Source of the DNA: Amoebophrya sp. A120
Lineage: Eukaryota; Protista; Dinoflagellata
DNA: 64,000 bases
Assembly (NCBI GenBank): GCA_905178155.1
Contig: CAJINV010000007.1
Location: 1,062,627-1,126,626 of the forward strand
Direction of reading: 5' to 3'
Part shown: positions 36,568-48,947 of the stretch, piece after piece
Position numbering within the stretch: position 1 is the stretch's first letter
Layout: each line of letters opens with the position of its first letter
Translations under genes and position numbers: made by a program
Notes under the pieces: generated by a model
Told to the model about the DNA's origin: nothing
The model's input: the letters and a program-made list of their open reading frames with translations, nothing else
Database searches by the model: none

Positions 36568-39500
36568 TCACTCTTCCCCGGCGTCACTGGTCTCTCCGCC
36601 CCCTTCGGTATCTCCAGAGAGGTCCTCTGCGTCACCTCGTCCACCCGGCAGGTTGCTGAACACATCGCGGCGCATCCCTTGTGCCATCTCCCGATCTTTG
36701 GCGGCGCGCCTTTCTCTTTCCCGCCTGAGCCTGATCATGTTCTCGACGTCCCTTCGTCGGGCGGCTGCAAGGCCGCCGTCTTGTTCCCCGTAGCTCTCGC
36801 TGACGGGCGCTGGCCCGTAGAAGTTGTGATCATTTCCGAACAAGTTCCACCTGGACCTGCGAGCAGCTGCCCCTGCTCGGCCGCCCATCGACGTCCGGCG
36901 CTCGCCGGCCGCGCCACGCCTTCTCTCTCCTCCGGGCGCCCCTGCCCCTGCTCGCCTCGCCCGAAAGGATGAAAGTGGTCCTCCGCGCGCCGGCTGCTCA
37001 ACGCGGCGACGGCCAAGGGTGCCTTCGCCACTTTCGTGCGGACCACGGAAGCGAGAGCGCCCTCGTCCTTCCCGCCTGTCATCTTGTAGACCCCTTGGCG
37101 GGCCGGCCAAGTTACGGCGACCCAGCCCCAGCCGCGCCGCGGGGGGATTTTTCCACCAATCTGGTGGCGGAGACGCGTCGCCCCCTCGTGCAGCTTCTCG
37201 TCCTCTCGGGGAGAACCACGGGCGATCTCGCCGAAGCGAGGCGTTGTTCCTTTCATCTCTGCGCGGTGTCATCAAGTTGTCGCCCGTTGGAGAGGACGGC
37301 CGATCGCCTCCCTGCTGTTGTGCGCTGCTAGGGCCCGGTTGCTGTGCTGGAGATGAATTCTTCATGCTCTCCTCCTGCTGTCGCAGCTGTTGTTCTGCTT
37401 TAATATTCCGCTGGCGCTCCTCTCGCCTTCGGGCGACATTGGCTCTTGCACGAGCAAGCGCTTTCTCCTTTTCCTTCTGCTTGTTGGCCAGGTTGCGTTC
37501 TTCTTCTTCTTGTCGCCGTCTCTCCGCAGCTTCTGCGGCTTCCCTCCGTTTGCGTTCCTCGTCCAACCGCGTCTGGGCTAGTCTTTCTGCGGCCTCGGTG
37601 GCTTTCCTGCTTCTTTCCTCGGCTTCTGCCGCTTCCCGCCGGCGGCGCTGTTCTTCATCTTGTAGCCGCCGACGACGCTCTATGAACTGCAAAAGTATCG
37701 CACCAGTAAAAATGCATTACAAATTTCCTCAGCGTATGAGTGGACAAATTACAGTTAGGGACATATCCGCCAGCCGAAAGAATTCGCGCTTGGAGCCGAA
37801 ATTTTCGGCTGGCGGAAAGTCGCACTCTTTCTGAAAGTCGCATTTTTTTGTGCGAAAAGCAAAAAACTTCGGCTCCAAGCGCGAATTCTTTCGGCTGGCG
37901 GATATGTCCCTAACTGTAATTTGTCCATTGATACCTCAGCGTGAATTAATGCTGATTTGCCTTCAGAAAAAAATTCGTGATGCAAGACTTGCATTTATAC
38001 GAATACGATACTTTTGCATTGGATACGCTCCTCCTCCTGCTGTTCCAGTTCCTTCTGACGAAGGGCTTCAGACTGTTTCCGTGCTTCGGCAGCGTCCATC
38101 CGTTTTTGTTCCGCCTCCGCGGCAGCCCTCCGTGTTTGTTCGGCCTCTCTCCGTGCTTGTTCCGCCTCTTCGGCAGCCCTCCGTTTTTGTTCGGCCTCTG
38201 CGGCAGCCCTCCGTGCTTCTTCGGCAGCCCTCCGTGCTTGTTCGGCCTCTTCGGCAGCTTTTCGCGCTTTTTCGGCTTCCTCCTGCAACCGTTTCTTTTC
38301 GGCTGCAGCTGCTTCCCGGACTCGTCTCTCCTCGTCCAATCGCTTCCGTTCGGCATCTTCCCGGACTCGTCTCTCCTCCTCCAAACGGTTTCGTTCGGCT
38401 TCCTCTCTTTTGGCGGCTTGCTCCTTGACCGCAGCCGCCAATTTCTCGCGCTTTTGGATCTCTGCTTTATAGCCTCCTCAGCTGTTACAATCTCGTCACA
38501 CGCTACAACAGAATCTGGAGTCTGTCAGTCTTGCAGGAGCAACATGACAAGTAGCATACAAAGTCGTGCGCTTTTCATCGCCATGCAGATTTTGTCGTAT
38601 TTGAGGAGGGTTTGGGGCCGCTCCGGAAGAACTTGTCATGCGCAATTATTCTGTGAGACATGGCGAAGTCGTGATGCACTTTTTCTTGCATCTTCACAGA
38701 TCTCCATTTCTATTGAGTTGGTGAAGCGTTTGAGGTTCTTGTAACACCTGAGAAAGTCATATGCCTCTACAGCCGCTTTTTCCTCCTCGGCCTCTCGGCG
38801 AAGCTGCTCTTCTTCAGCTTATCACAATGACAAGCGCGGCCCCATCACCGCCACAGGAACAAGAGTCTTGTTCAGTTGGCTGGAAAGTTCTTGGCAATGC
38901 AAATTATTCCGTCTGAATAACTTGCATTACCAACTTTCAAGCATACACAAGCTTTTTGTACTGCATAAAGGGATGAATGTGCCGCATTTATTCTGTTCGG
39001 AACATCCTCATCCAGTTAAGCAATTTTCGACTTGACAGATATTGCCTATACTCTGGCGCCGTGCAAGATAGAACGCAGACTTTCGACGATGGTCCGGCTT
39101 CCATAAAATTTGACATGTTTTTTACACATGCAAGCAGTTACCAAGTGTTTCTATTGAAAACTTGTTTTCCTCGTATGCAAGAAACGCTGCCACACTCTGG
39201 GGTGACGGGTGTGGAGGCTGCACTTCTCAATGTGGTACACCTGTCGCTTTCTTCATGCTGGGCACAACCAATTCCCCTCTTTTGTCGTATTCCAGCGGCT
39301 TGATCGTGAAGCGTGCGCCGTGCGAGACTGCATCATCGGAGGGAATGGTAAAATCCTGAATGAACAAGCCCGGGAATATATGCATATGCAAATATCATGT
39401 CTGGGTCTGGAACTCTGCAACTTGTCATGCCATTTAACACTGAAACATGCAAAGTAAATCTGTGCTGCATGATTACCAAACGCTGTCCACTTTTGACCTA

Positions 39501-42500
39501 ACCGAGAGGCAGAAGTTTCTCATGCAGGATAGGCATGATAGAACTCTCACTAAATCTGGTGTCATGCTATGTCCTACATATCAGTCCTCATGGGTCATGG
39601 AAAACCTGCGTGACAAGGCTGGCACTCTTCCAGACCCGGGCAACATATTTGCAGTTGATAGAACTCCGAGAACGTGTGCCAGGGGATCCAGGACAGGCGA
39701 TTTTTTTGGTCCCACGTGTTGATCTGCCGTGTGTAAGGTTTCAAGCACTCCGGTGGCATACGGCTCGCGTGTTGGGCGTATGCAATGCAAAAATGTAGCA
39801 CTGGCACGTGCAGTTGTACTTCTTGTATCTATCATGTAGAAGCTGCATCACAAATTTTCTCAAGAGGACAAGATGAAATAAAATGGAACGCGACGTTTAC
39901 GTCAGCACAGGCATCGGGGCCGAGCGCCAGATTTCTTTGTCACACATGATCATTCTGAAGATGGCAGTACGAGTGCGATATTTTTGCACCGGATAGGAGG
40001 TACGGATCGGCCTGGGCCCTTTTAGCTCCATTGGCTTCTCGAATGCCATCGGCTTCTCGAATTGTTGCCTTGTTCTCGATAAATTTACTGAAACAGTCCT
40101 CGTTTACGATCTGCCAAGAGTTTCGGATGGCATGCAGGAATGTCAACTCTTTTATCTCAGCGCCGCGACCCCAAAGACCCGGAGGGCGGCCCCGACCACA
40201 CCTACATATGGATCATCAATGTGAGCGAAGCGATGGCCGTGGGACGGCGCATGGGTCGGCGAGAAGAAACACCGGGCAGTCACGAGAAGAAACACCGGGG
40301 GCACGGACGGCCACAAAACAAAAGCCACAGGGGGCGCGGAACGTAGGAGACGGGGGGGCGAAGGAAGAAGCGTCGGGCAGGGCAGCCGCCGCCGGCCGGC
40401 CCTGCCTGCTTGCCCGACGGCGCTAATAAACCCCAAAGCCTAAGCCTAGAACGCTAAGCCAATGCGGCCAACTAATGCAGCTGCCGGGGGCACCGAGGTG
40501 CCGGCAGTAGGGATAAATTCCCAAAAATTGCGGGCTAAAGTCTCGACGCTGAGATTTTTCGGCTGAGTTGAGATAACTGTATAAGTCCAAATGCGCCCAC
40601 ATGTTGTCCCGCTGCTCTTTCGCGCCATGGCCGAAGGCCTTCACGTCGGGAAATATGTCGGGTACGTTCAGCAGGTGGACCAGGTACCGACTCAGGTAGT
40701 CGCTCATTTTCGTGTCCTGGTACATGCTCAGCATGCCAGCAAAGTGGGGAACGATCTGAAAGCCAGCCGCCGCGTTTGGGGTGCCGTGAACCGAGTACGG
40801 GCTCCAGCCGCTCACGTCGGTGGCGTGTGGATTGCGAGTCTGGGTGCAGTAGATCAGCAAATGGTCCCCGTTTCCCAGGGGAAACGCCAGGACCTGGAGG
40901 CTTGTCAACGTGTACGCGTGTGCAGGATAAATGCCCTCGTGCTGATATCAAAAGGAAAAATAATTCCCCCTCCCCATATTATCAAAACGAGACTTCTGAT
41001 GCTGGATTTGGATGCTCACACCCAAATCAGTTTTGTGTTGCAGGAGGACTGCACGCAGATCCCGAGCCTAGGTAAGGGCCTTTTGGTGTACTAGGCGCCT
41101 AACATGGTAGACGGGTGCAACCCCGTAGCAGGCCTTAGAGCATTTTTACAAATCACCTGCATAACGTGGCGGAAAGCCTGAGCTATGTGCTGCCTCCTTG
41201 CAAGACAGACCCGATCTGTGGTCGCCAATTTGCATCGCAAATTTTCAGAAGGATGCGCTTTCCATATGATGGGGAGGGCGGGGGATTTTTCCTTGCAATA
41301 GCTGAGAAGCTCCTGGGGAATTGTTTGGGTTTGCGATCTGCCAGCTGAGGACGTGAGACCTGCGGGACATCTATCAAATGTAAAAATGTCTGTGTCTGGA
41401 AGAATGCAACTTGTGATGCTGCGTCTGGATTCCAAAAAAATCTGTATTGCATGAGTGCCAAAGGGAATGCAATTTTTGCTACGCTGAGAAGGCATTTGTC
41501 ACGCGGAATAGGCATCAAGAAGCCCTCAAAAAATCTGTATTGCTAGGGTATGGATCACAAATGAATGGCTCATGCAAAACGTGCATGACAAGTGTCAGAA
41601 TCTTCCAGAGGACCCAGACATTTTTACAGTTGATAACATCCACTGGGCCTGGCTTTTCTCCTTGTTTCCCTTCTCCAAAGCCGTGGCTGGGGTGGTCTCG
41701 ACGTCTTCTGCCGTGCGGGCGTGCTATCAAATGTAAAAGTGTCTGGGTCTGGAAACTTGTGATGCTGGCTGGCGTATCATGAGGAGCCCACAAGTGCTGG
41801 CTCAGCATGACAAGTTTCTGAGCTTCTAGGTGTTGCCTATTCTGCATGACAAACTGCGTTTCTGCATCACAGAAAATTGGAGCTCTTGGGTAACGTGCAT
41901 GACAGATTTAAGAGTCATGCCAGACAAGCATGACAAACATGCATTCTTCCAGACCCAGACATTTTTACACTTCGTACGTGCGCTTGAAGATCAAAAAACC
42001 AACAGCGCTTCACCGATATGGAAGCGTCAGGCTTGAAATCGACAAAGTTGAAATCGTTTGTGATGCATAAAATGCAACCCACAAAATGCCTCTCTTGCAG
42101 AGTAGGCAAGAGAGACAGATGGCAAGCCTGTTGAGGGGTAGAAATAGGGCTGTTAAAGCAGCATGATAGAAGGCGCCTTCCTTACCCAAACAGCATTACA
42201 AACTGGATCCCGGCTCTACCCAACTTTGTCATGCGCCGGTTGAAAACTAGGCACCAACTGGTATCCGTTTTATGCATTGCAAATTACTTCAACTTTGATG
42301 ATTTCCATCCTGACGCTTCCATAACCGAGTGAGCCTGTGTATTTGTCGTCCCCGTGTTCGGCACCGGAAACTGCTTGAGAAACCCGGCTTCCATAGAGGG
42401 GTGCCAGGCGTCCGTTTCAGCAAGCACTTCATTGAACAGCCAATACTATCAAATGCAAAAACATCGTACGAGTACAAAGGTATGCATGACAAATCTGGCT

Positions 42501-45500
42501 CCCAAGGTAAATCAGCGTGACAAATTCCATTTGCCATTCTGAGGAAATTTGTCATGCGATTTATACTAGTACGATACTTTTGCAATGCATAGATACAAAG
42601 CAACCACGTCATCTCCCACCTTGTCATCTCCTTCGTCCCCTTTTTTAACAAATTTCGCCAACAGTTCCAGGATACGCAGATCCATGTTGAACTGTCCCGT
42701 TATTTCTTGTCCTTGAGCCACTGCTGCTGCATGTTCTTTTCCAAACACCGCCTGCGCTACTTGCGTTTGCACTTGTCGCAGCTGCTGAATGTCCCTCCGC
42801 ATCCGTGAATCTTCGTTCGCTTTCCTGTTCAAGACCGCTGGACTCAGTGCCCGCGTGGCAACCCAGGCCAAGCCCGACAGAGCCTGTCTCGCATCTTCTT
42901 CTTGTTGTTGTGCTTTTTTGTTTTTCTCCTGCTGCTGTCCTCCTGCAGAACTTTGATGTTGTCCGCCGGGAGCTGCGGCACGACCCTCCTGTACTAGTCC
43001 TTGCAGCGGCTGCACAATCTGCTCCGACAGAAACCTGGATAGGCTCCGCGCCCCGAACGAAACCTGCTGCACGTTGCGGGGATCTATCCCCTGTAGGCTC
43101 GCAACCAATTTTATAACAGTGCACAACTCCCCCTCCCCCTCATTTGTATAGCAGGAACGGCAATACAAGCATCAGCAAGAGCGCCGGTTTTGCATGACAA
43201 ACTTGCACTTGAATATAGTGCTATTTGGGCTACAACTTGTCATGCAAACAGTGCCAGGGGGCCAACGGTGGATTGGGCATTTTGCATGACAAATGAGGGG
43301 GAGGGGGAGTTGTGCACATTCATAAATTTCGGGACGCACCGCTTCAGGTGGTTTTCTACCTGATTCTTGTCTTTCTCTTATTGCAATGAAAAATGCCCCC
43401 ACCCCCGATTTAGAAGCATTTGTATTGCAAATCTTTCCAAATGAAGCATTCGCCTTCTTGCATCTATCAGCATCACAGGTTTCTTATCGTGAATAGCAAA
43501 AATTTGTATTGCAAAAGATTCCAGCAAGAGCGGCGCTTGTCATGTAGGCGATGCGATACACGCCTAGACTCTGCATCAGAAAGATGCATACTCCTTTCAT
43601 GCATGACAGAAAGTTTTCATTTGGAAACTTCGCATCACAAATTTTTGCAGCTTTGGGTGTGGGGGCGTTTTTCACTGTAATATCTCTCTTGCCTCTTTCT
43701 TCTTCAGGCTGCTTTCCACGAAGTCCAGACGGGGCGATTTCATTCCGAGCAGCGTCGGGTTGCCTCGGGCCTGTATGCAATGCAAAAGCATCGTACTAGT
43801 ATAAATTGCAATAGTACAAGTACAAATTGGCTCTGCATTACAAATTCAATTTGTAGTGCTGATATACCTTGAAAAAGAGATTTGTAATGCATAAATGCAA
43901 TTACTACGAGTACGAAGATACTTTTGCACAGGATAGCCTGGACCATGCCTCCAACATAATCATATGTTGAGCGATCCCCGATCTGCAGTTTCAGGAGGAA
44001 GCAGTGCGCAGTCTTCCCTTCTATGCATTGGAAATATCGCAGATCTGGGTCTGGATTTGTTCTTGTGAAGTGATGCGCGACAATCTATGAAAGACTCGTC
44101 CTGCCCGGCATATTACATTATATCACGAGCAGTTGGCAGCTTTTTTTATTTTTGTCGTTCATCTGAAAGTCAGTTTATTCTGCTTGTCAGGAGCTCTTAG
44201 TACAGGCATCCAAAAATAACTTCCTCGAGCACCCATCCTGCTGCTATGCCCTACCAGTCGTGGCGGCCTTGCGAAAATCTTCGAGGAATCTTCACCAGCA
44301 ACACAAGTTTACAGACCCAGATACAGCACATTTCGGCCGTGCATACCTTCAGGCGCTCTTCTGTCGAGAATCTCGACATAGAAAAAATCGGTGCACTTAC
44401 TGTCCATGTAGCATATTGCGAGGGAAAATAAATCCCCCCTCCCCATAGTACTCAACAAAATGGAAGTCTGTGATGCTAGAGCTGTGTGGGCGTGGGCGAA
44501 ACTAGAGTACCGCTAAGAGTAAGAGGAAGTGGTGGAACAGGAGACAAATCCTCGGCTTGCATTGCTAGAAGGCCAAAAGACGCAGCTGTGGCATTGCGAT
44601 TGCCGTTGCAGGTTGTAATTATTTGTCACTATGTTTATTCCCGCTTCCAGTTGCTTCGTGTCATGCTGAAGAGGCAAGGCTTGTTTCCCACGCCAGCGAG
44701 CTCTACAATCTGCTGGAAAAAAATTTCCACGACCCTTCTAGCTGCATGACAACGCCATTTGTGATCGCAAATCATGCTACACAAGAGACCTTCGTTTTAG
44801 TAGGTATGGGATGACAGAGGGATTTTTAGGATTTTTCATTGCAATATAGCACGTCTTTTCACATAACACCTTCGGAAAAAACTTCTTCCACGTAACTGGA
44901 AACATCACGTAACCGCGAGAGGCGCCACAGTCGTCGGTATCGGAACTACCGGAAGCAGGAGGAGCTACGGGGGGATTGAGCAGAGACGTGGCTACTTCTT
45001 TCTGACCGACGAAGTCTGCCTGGTAGACGAACTTTTTCCCGCGCTTCAAAAATTTCAAGGCTTTCCGCAGCGCCAGCGATTGGGGGCCGTCGAAGAACAG
45101 CTTGCATTTCGTGGGGTCGTATCAAATGCAAATTATATGTTTACGTCTGGAAGAAATCAGATATTTGTCATGCATTTTTTACATCTACAAAAAGGTCTGG
45201 AATGCACACAGTGCATGACAACCTCTGTGGAGGCTTCTCCATACCTATTCCGCATGACAAATGCCCTCTTCTGGAGACAAAAATCTACTTAGATACCTTT
45301 TGCTCACTACGCAATACAGACTTTTGCCTGTTCCAGAATCCGCATCACAAGTTTGCATCCTTCCAGCCCCAGACATATTTGCAATGCATAGGTCGATCAA
45401 AGACTCGCCCATTTCTATCGGCGAGATGCCGTACCTGCCACCCAAGTGGTCTCCCATGGTCACGAGTTCCATCGTTTTCTGAGCTACCCGCTGAGTCGGG

Positions 45501-47816
45501 TCAACATTTGTGCCCCTGCGCGCGGCCCACTGCTTGTAATACGGGTTCCCACCAGAGAGCAAGCGTGCGGCAAACGGAACGACTCCGCCCTCCATTGGGT
45601 AAAAACCACCCACCACTTTCGCCGCGGCTTTCACAGTATGAACTGCAAAAGTATCCGGTACTCGTATAAATGCATTACAAATTTCCTCAGCATGAGGAAC
45701 AAATATAAAATTTGTAATGCGGATTTGCCTTAAAAAAAACATTTGTAACGCATGATCGCAATTACTACGAGTACGATACTTTTGCACAGGATACACAGTG
45801 AGCTCCACGGCGAACGAGATCTTTCCCTGTACCTTCTCCAGGCCACTTGGAAACGTAAAGAAAGGCGTCGCACCGCACTGCTGCGCGGCTGGTGCTGTGG
45901 CTGTCGTGATCATGCCTGTGCTGGTTGGGACACGATCATCGACCAATATGCTTTGCCAATGCCCATTCAAAAAGAGTGGCACCAGGTACAACCCCGCATC
46001 GCTCCGCTTCTCCGGTTATGAACTGCAAAAGTATCGTACTCGTGTAAATGCACATACAAATAATTACCTCAGCATGAGAAAGAAAATTTGGAATGCGGAT
46101 TTAGCTTAAGAACAAGATAATTTGTAATGCATGATCGCAATTACGATACTTTTGCACAGCATACCGGTTCGATCAGAAAACTGTGGCTGATAAGAGTCTG
46201 CAGTGCCGCGAGGAAGTAGCAGTTTCCAAGCGATATGCATTGTAAATTTCCCGTACATGTACAAAATGCATGACAAATTTTGCTAACTTGCAGTTCCCAA
46301 CATGTCATGCTAGACTAGGATCGAAGGCAAGTTTTGTCATGCAGAGACTGCATTTGGATTTGTACGTGTACACGAAATTTCCTGTGGATAAGCGAACCCT
46401 GTACCACGCTTGCGAACGGAACGGGCTGCCCGGGCGTCGCGAAATGTCCCGGATTTTGCTCATACATGTCCCCGAGTCTCGTGAAGCGCATCAGTTGCTG
46501 GTGTTCTTGTTGAAGAAGACCCACTCCCACAGCAAGCTGCCCCTGTCTCAGCTTCGCCTGCGCAATCGGATCCTCTTCGTATCCCAAGAAATAAAAAGAA
46601 GTGTTCTATACAGTTACGTATTTGTAGGAACTCTAGCAACACAAACTTGCTCTACATGACAGACAAAACTTGCAATGCAAAAATCCTGAGAGAAAACACG
46701 TTCGTATGAAACGAGGCTAGCAAGCCTTTCCGGCATGACAGAAGTAGAGGTTGCCTGTCTTGCTACTTTTCCATTACAGTGTGTAAAAACTGTGAAAACA
46801 CTTTTTTCCCTCCCTACTTCGGACTGTGTTATCAATGGCATGGCAAAGGCGCGGTCAAACGCTTTCACGCGGCCATTTAGTTCCAACCGTTGCACGAAGT
46901 CCTTTTGCGCGCTGATGTCAAGCTCATCCTGGTCGTACTGAATCAAGTTGAGCACCTATCCCACGAAAAACGTGTTACAGTTACACATTTGTAGTCAATT
47001 CAGCAACACAAATTTCTCTGCATGAGAAAGAAAACTTGCAATGCAGAAATCCTACGGGAAAACCCCTATGAAACGAGGGTCCTATGCATATCCGGCATGA
47101 CAGAGCTTGTCTGTCTTGCATGGCCTGCAACACAATGTGTAACTGTAACACTTTTTTCTTGCGATAGCACCCGCACCCTCCCGTCCGGGAAATTCGGGGG
47201 GTATATCTGTTTCTTGTTGGTCACTCGGTAAACTTCCTTCATCTCGCTACCCCCGGGCAGCCGTTGCTCGTCTTTGGTGTGCAGCAAGGAATTTTCAAAG
47301 ATCCACCTCTCCTCCTCGTCGTTCAGAGCACAAGCGCTGCCAGGAGCTGCACGCGGCGACGCCGCTAGCGCTGGTATCCTGAGAAAAAACGTCTCCACCC
47401 CAGAGTTGTCATGCAGATTTGCGAAGACGGAAAGCCTTCTATCTAATGCGCATCCCCATGAGAGCCATTTCTAGTCGTGTTTTGGGATTTGTAACGCTGT
47501 AAACAGGATGAGGAGATGGGTTTGTGATGCGGCTGTCCTTGCTAACATGCACTACAACAATACAGAGACGAATTTGTCATGCGTGGGGGCTCCCGAAACT
47601 TCTGGATTGGTGTTGCAGAGTTTGCAAATTGACTATCGGGTGGGGAAGTTTTTCATCAGGATAGCTGGTTCCCAGAGCCTAGGGGGGTTAGGACTCTTCG
47701 TTACCTGCAGCTGGGGGTAAACCGGTCCTTGCAGCTGAGGGTAAGCCGGTGCTGGGGCCTGCGGCTGCTGTGGGTACGGCTGCTGTCCGGGGTACTGCTG
47801 CTGTCCAGGGGCGGGT
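36568..47816 (-). CDS. Calpain-like cysteine protease (CysPc) with Q/P-rich N-terminus and E/R/A coiled-coil C-terminus; start codon not located, could be two genes
   Basis: Spliced QGSLGNCYFLAAL (catalytic Cys), YLVPLFLNGHWQSILVDDRVP, KAAAKVVGGF..MEGG. About 20 introners. Chain traced ~47.4-42.6 kb and ~38.4-36.6 kb only. Confidence 0.7.
37681..38025. mobile_element. Introner, family B, containing a nested element
   Basis: TIR; TSD cgctc. Confidence 0.9.
37735..37933. mobile_element. Nested MITE with ~65-bp TIR and 8-bp TSD
   Basis: cctcagcg on both sides; near-perfect TIR. Confidence 0.9.
38468..38761. mobile_element. Introner, family F
   Basis: TIR; TSD tgctt/tgcct. Confidence 0.8.
39379..39660. 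mobile_element. Introner, family A
   Basis: TIR; TSD gaata/gaact. Confidence 0.8.
40946..41300. mobile_element. Introner, family I
   Basis: TIR; TSD gctga; ends resemble 44414-44846. Confidence 0.85.
41372..41635. mobile_element. Introner, family A
   Basis: TIR; TSD acatc. Confidence 0.92.
41725..41976. mobile_element. Introner, family A
   Basis: TIR (GTA end); TSD cgtgc. Confidence 0.9.
42017..42323. mobile_element. Introner, family H
   Basis: TIR; TSD accga. Confidence 0.88.
42447..42591. mobile_element. Introner, family B
   Basis: TIR; TSD aatac/gatac. Confidence 0.85.
43112..43324. mobile_element. Introner, family C
   Basis: TIR; TSD aattt. Confidence 0.92.
43379..43682. mobile_element. 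Introner, D-like
   Basis: TIR; TSD tctct. Confidence 0.85.
43774..43935. mobile_element. Introner, family B
   Basis: TIR; TSD gcctg. Confidence 0.92.
44022..44345. mobile_element. Introner, divergent A-like
   Basis: TIR; TSD ccttc. Confidence 0.82.
44414..44846. mobile_element. Introner, family I
   Basis: TIR; TSD tagca. Confidence 0.85.
45120..45390. mobile_element. Introner, family A
   Basis: TIR; TSD ggtcg. Confidence 0.9.
45637..45793. mobile_element. Introner, family B
   Basis: TIR; TSD cacag. Confidence 0.92.
46017..46163. mobile_element. Introner, family B
   Basis: TIR; TSD ccggt. Confidence 0.9.
46234..46390. mobile_element. Introner, family E, splitting the calpain catalytic motif
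   Basis: TSD agcga; removal gives QGSL/GNCYF. Confidence 0.93.
46580..46816. mobile_element. Introner, family G
   Basis: TIR (CTA end); TSD cttcg. Confidence 0.82.
46957..47166. mobile_element. Introner, family G
   Basis: TIR; TSD gcacc. Confidence 0.9.
47375..47663. mobile_element. Introner, family D
   Basis: TIR; TSD gctgg. Confidence 0.92.
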
Positions 47817-48197
47817 ACAACTATGCCTTGCAAAAGTGATGTGTGAGTCAAATTAATAACTTCAACTCATGCGGAGCAATCGATTGTTAAAAAATGACTG
47901 CGCTCGAGCGACGAGGAAGATCTTCTGGCAGTACGGCTCCAGCCAGTTTCCGAAGAGCGTGCGGACGTAGCAAATTGTTGCAACACAGCACGATCGCTCG
48001 GTCCTGTGTAGGGCAATAATCGAAAATATTGACTTTCTCTTTTGTTCAATCCTGGCCCTGGCAGACGAGTAGAAAAAAGCGGTTCCGCTGTGGCTCACGC
48101 AGCAAGCGTGAACCAGCTGATCATCGATCTTCATCCGGACTCACCGAACATGAAAAAAGCAAAAAGCTTTTATGAACGACGCTAGGGCTATTTGTAT

Positions 48198-48947
48198 TTA
48201 CTGGGCAGGAACATAATGAAACACATCAGCATCACACTTGCAATGCGTATGCACCGCGCCTCCACCATTAAGTAGACGCTGGTACGCCGCCGGTGAAATG
48301 TTTCTTATTTCGGCGTCGAGCTGCAGAAACGCCGGATCTTCGGTTTGCTGCCCCTCGCGCAGTTGCGTCGCAAGGACCTCATCTAGCCGCGGGGGACGAT
48401 GTAATTCTATGCGAGGCAAAGCCTGCCCCTTCAAGGGTGCGCTTTTAATACCACCTCCGTTAAGAGCCTCACCCTTTGATGCTTCAGCGCCATCGTCGAC
48501 GCCGTTTTTAGTTATCTGATCCTCGTGAAGCTGTAGAGCGGAATAGGACGGATCCTTTTCCTGCTCTCCCTGTAGTTTCATTTGTTCTCCTTGGGGTGCA
48601 TCTTCCTCGACGCCCTCGGAGGCAGTTGTACGTCCAGCGGCCTGTTTCCCACCATGAACATCATGATCCTGATACCCGAGACTGCTTTGGACAAACGCTT
48701 TGAGCTTCTCATACGGAGATGGGCCGACGTAGTCATTCCGCAGGGCGAGAAACCCTTTTGCTTTATTGTCCCGGTCGCGCTCTTGTAGTTGTCGTCCCCG
48801 AGGACGTCGAGGGGTTTCATTTTGATTTTCTCTTTCTGTTTCTGCGACAACAAGCACGGGAATTATATGAACGCCGGACCACAGGGACAGGAAAAGACAG
48901 AGTCGTGCCGAGCGAGATGCTCGAGCAGGATTAGTAGGGTACAACAT
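48198..48947 (-). CDS. Hypothetical protein with signal-peptide-like N-terminus
   Basis: 249-aa open frame, AAGATG context, hydrophobic LCLFLSLWSGVHIIPVLVVA. No recognised domain. Confidence 0.5.
   Translation of the reverse strand: MLYPTNPARASRSARLCLFLSLWSGVHIIPVLVVAETERENQNETPRRPRGRQLQERDRDNKAKGFLALRNDYVGPSPYEKLKAFVQSSLGYQDHDVHGGKQAAGRTTASEGVEEDAPQGEQMKLQGEQEKDPSYSALQLHEDQITKNGVDDGAEASKGEALNGGGIKSAPLKGQALPRIELHRPPRLDEVLATQLREGQQTEDPAFLQLDAEIRNISPAAYQRLLNGGGAVHTHCKCDADVFHYVPAQ

Noticed and set aside
40153-40460. GC-rich segment with weak TAT..ATA ends and telomere-like aaacccc/cctaag run
   Set aside because: No TSD, removing element+5 nt does not restore the frame, and the repeat is too degenerate to call.
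15841-47816. Calling the interrupted genes pseudogenes
   Set aside because: Traced exons have no stops or frameshifts once elements are removed, and conserved motifs are intact.
36-47900. Many short ORFs with recurring peptides such as QKYRTR, PDPDIF, KMSGSG, QTQTFLH
   Set aside because: They are translations of introner TIRs, not a protein family.
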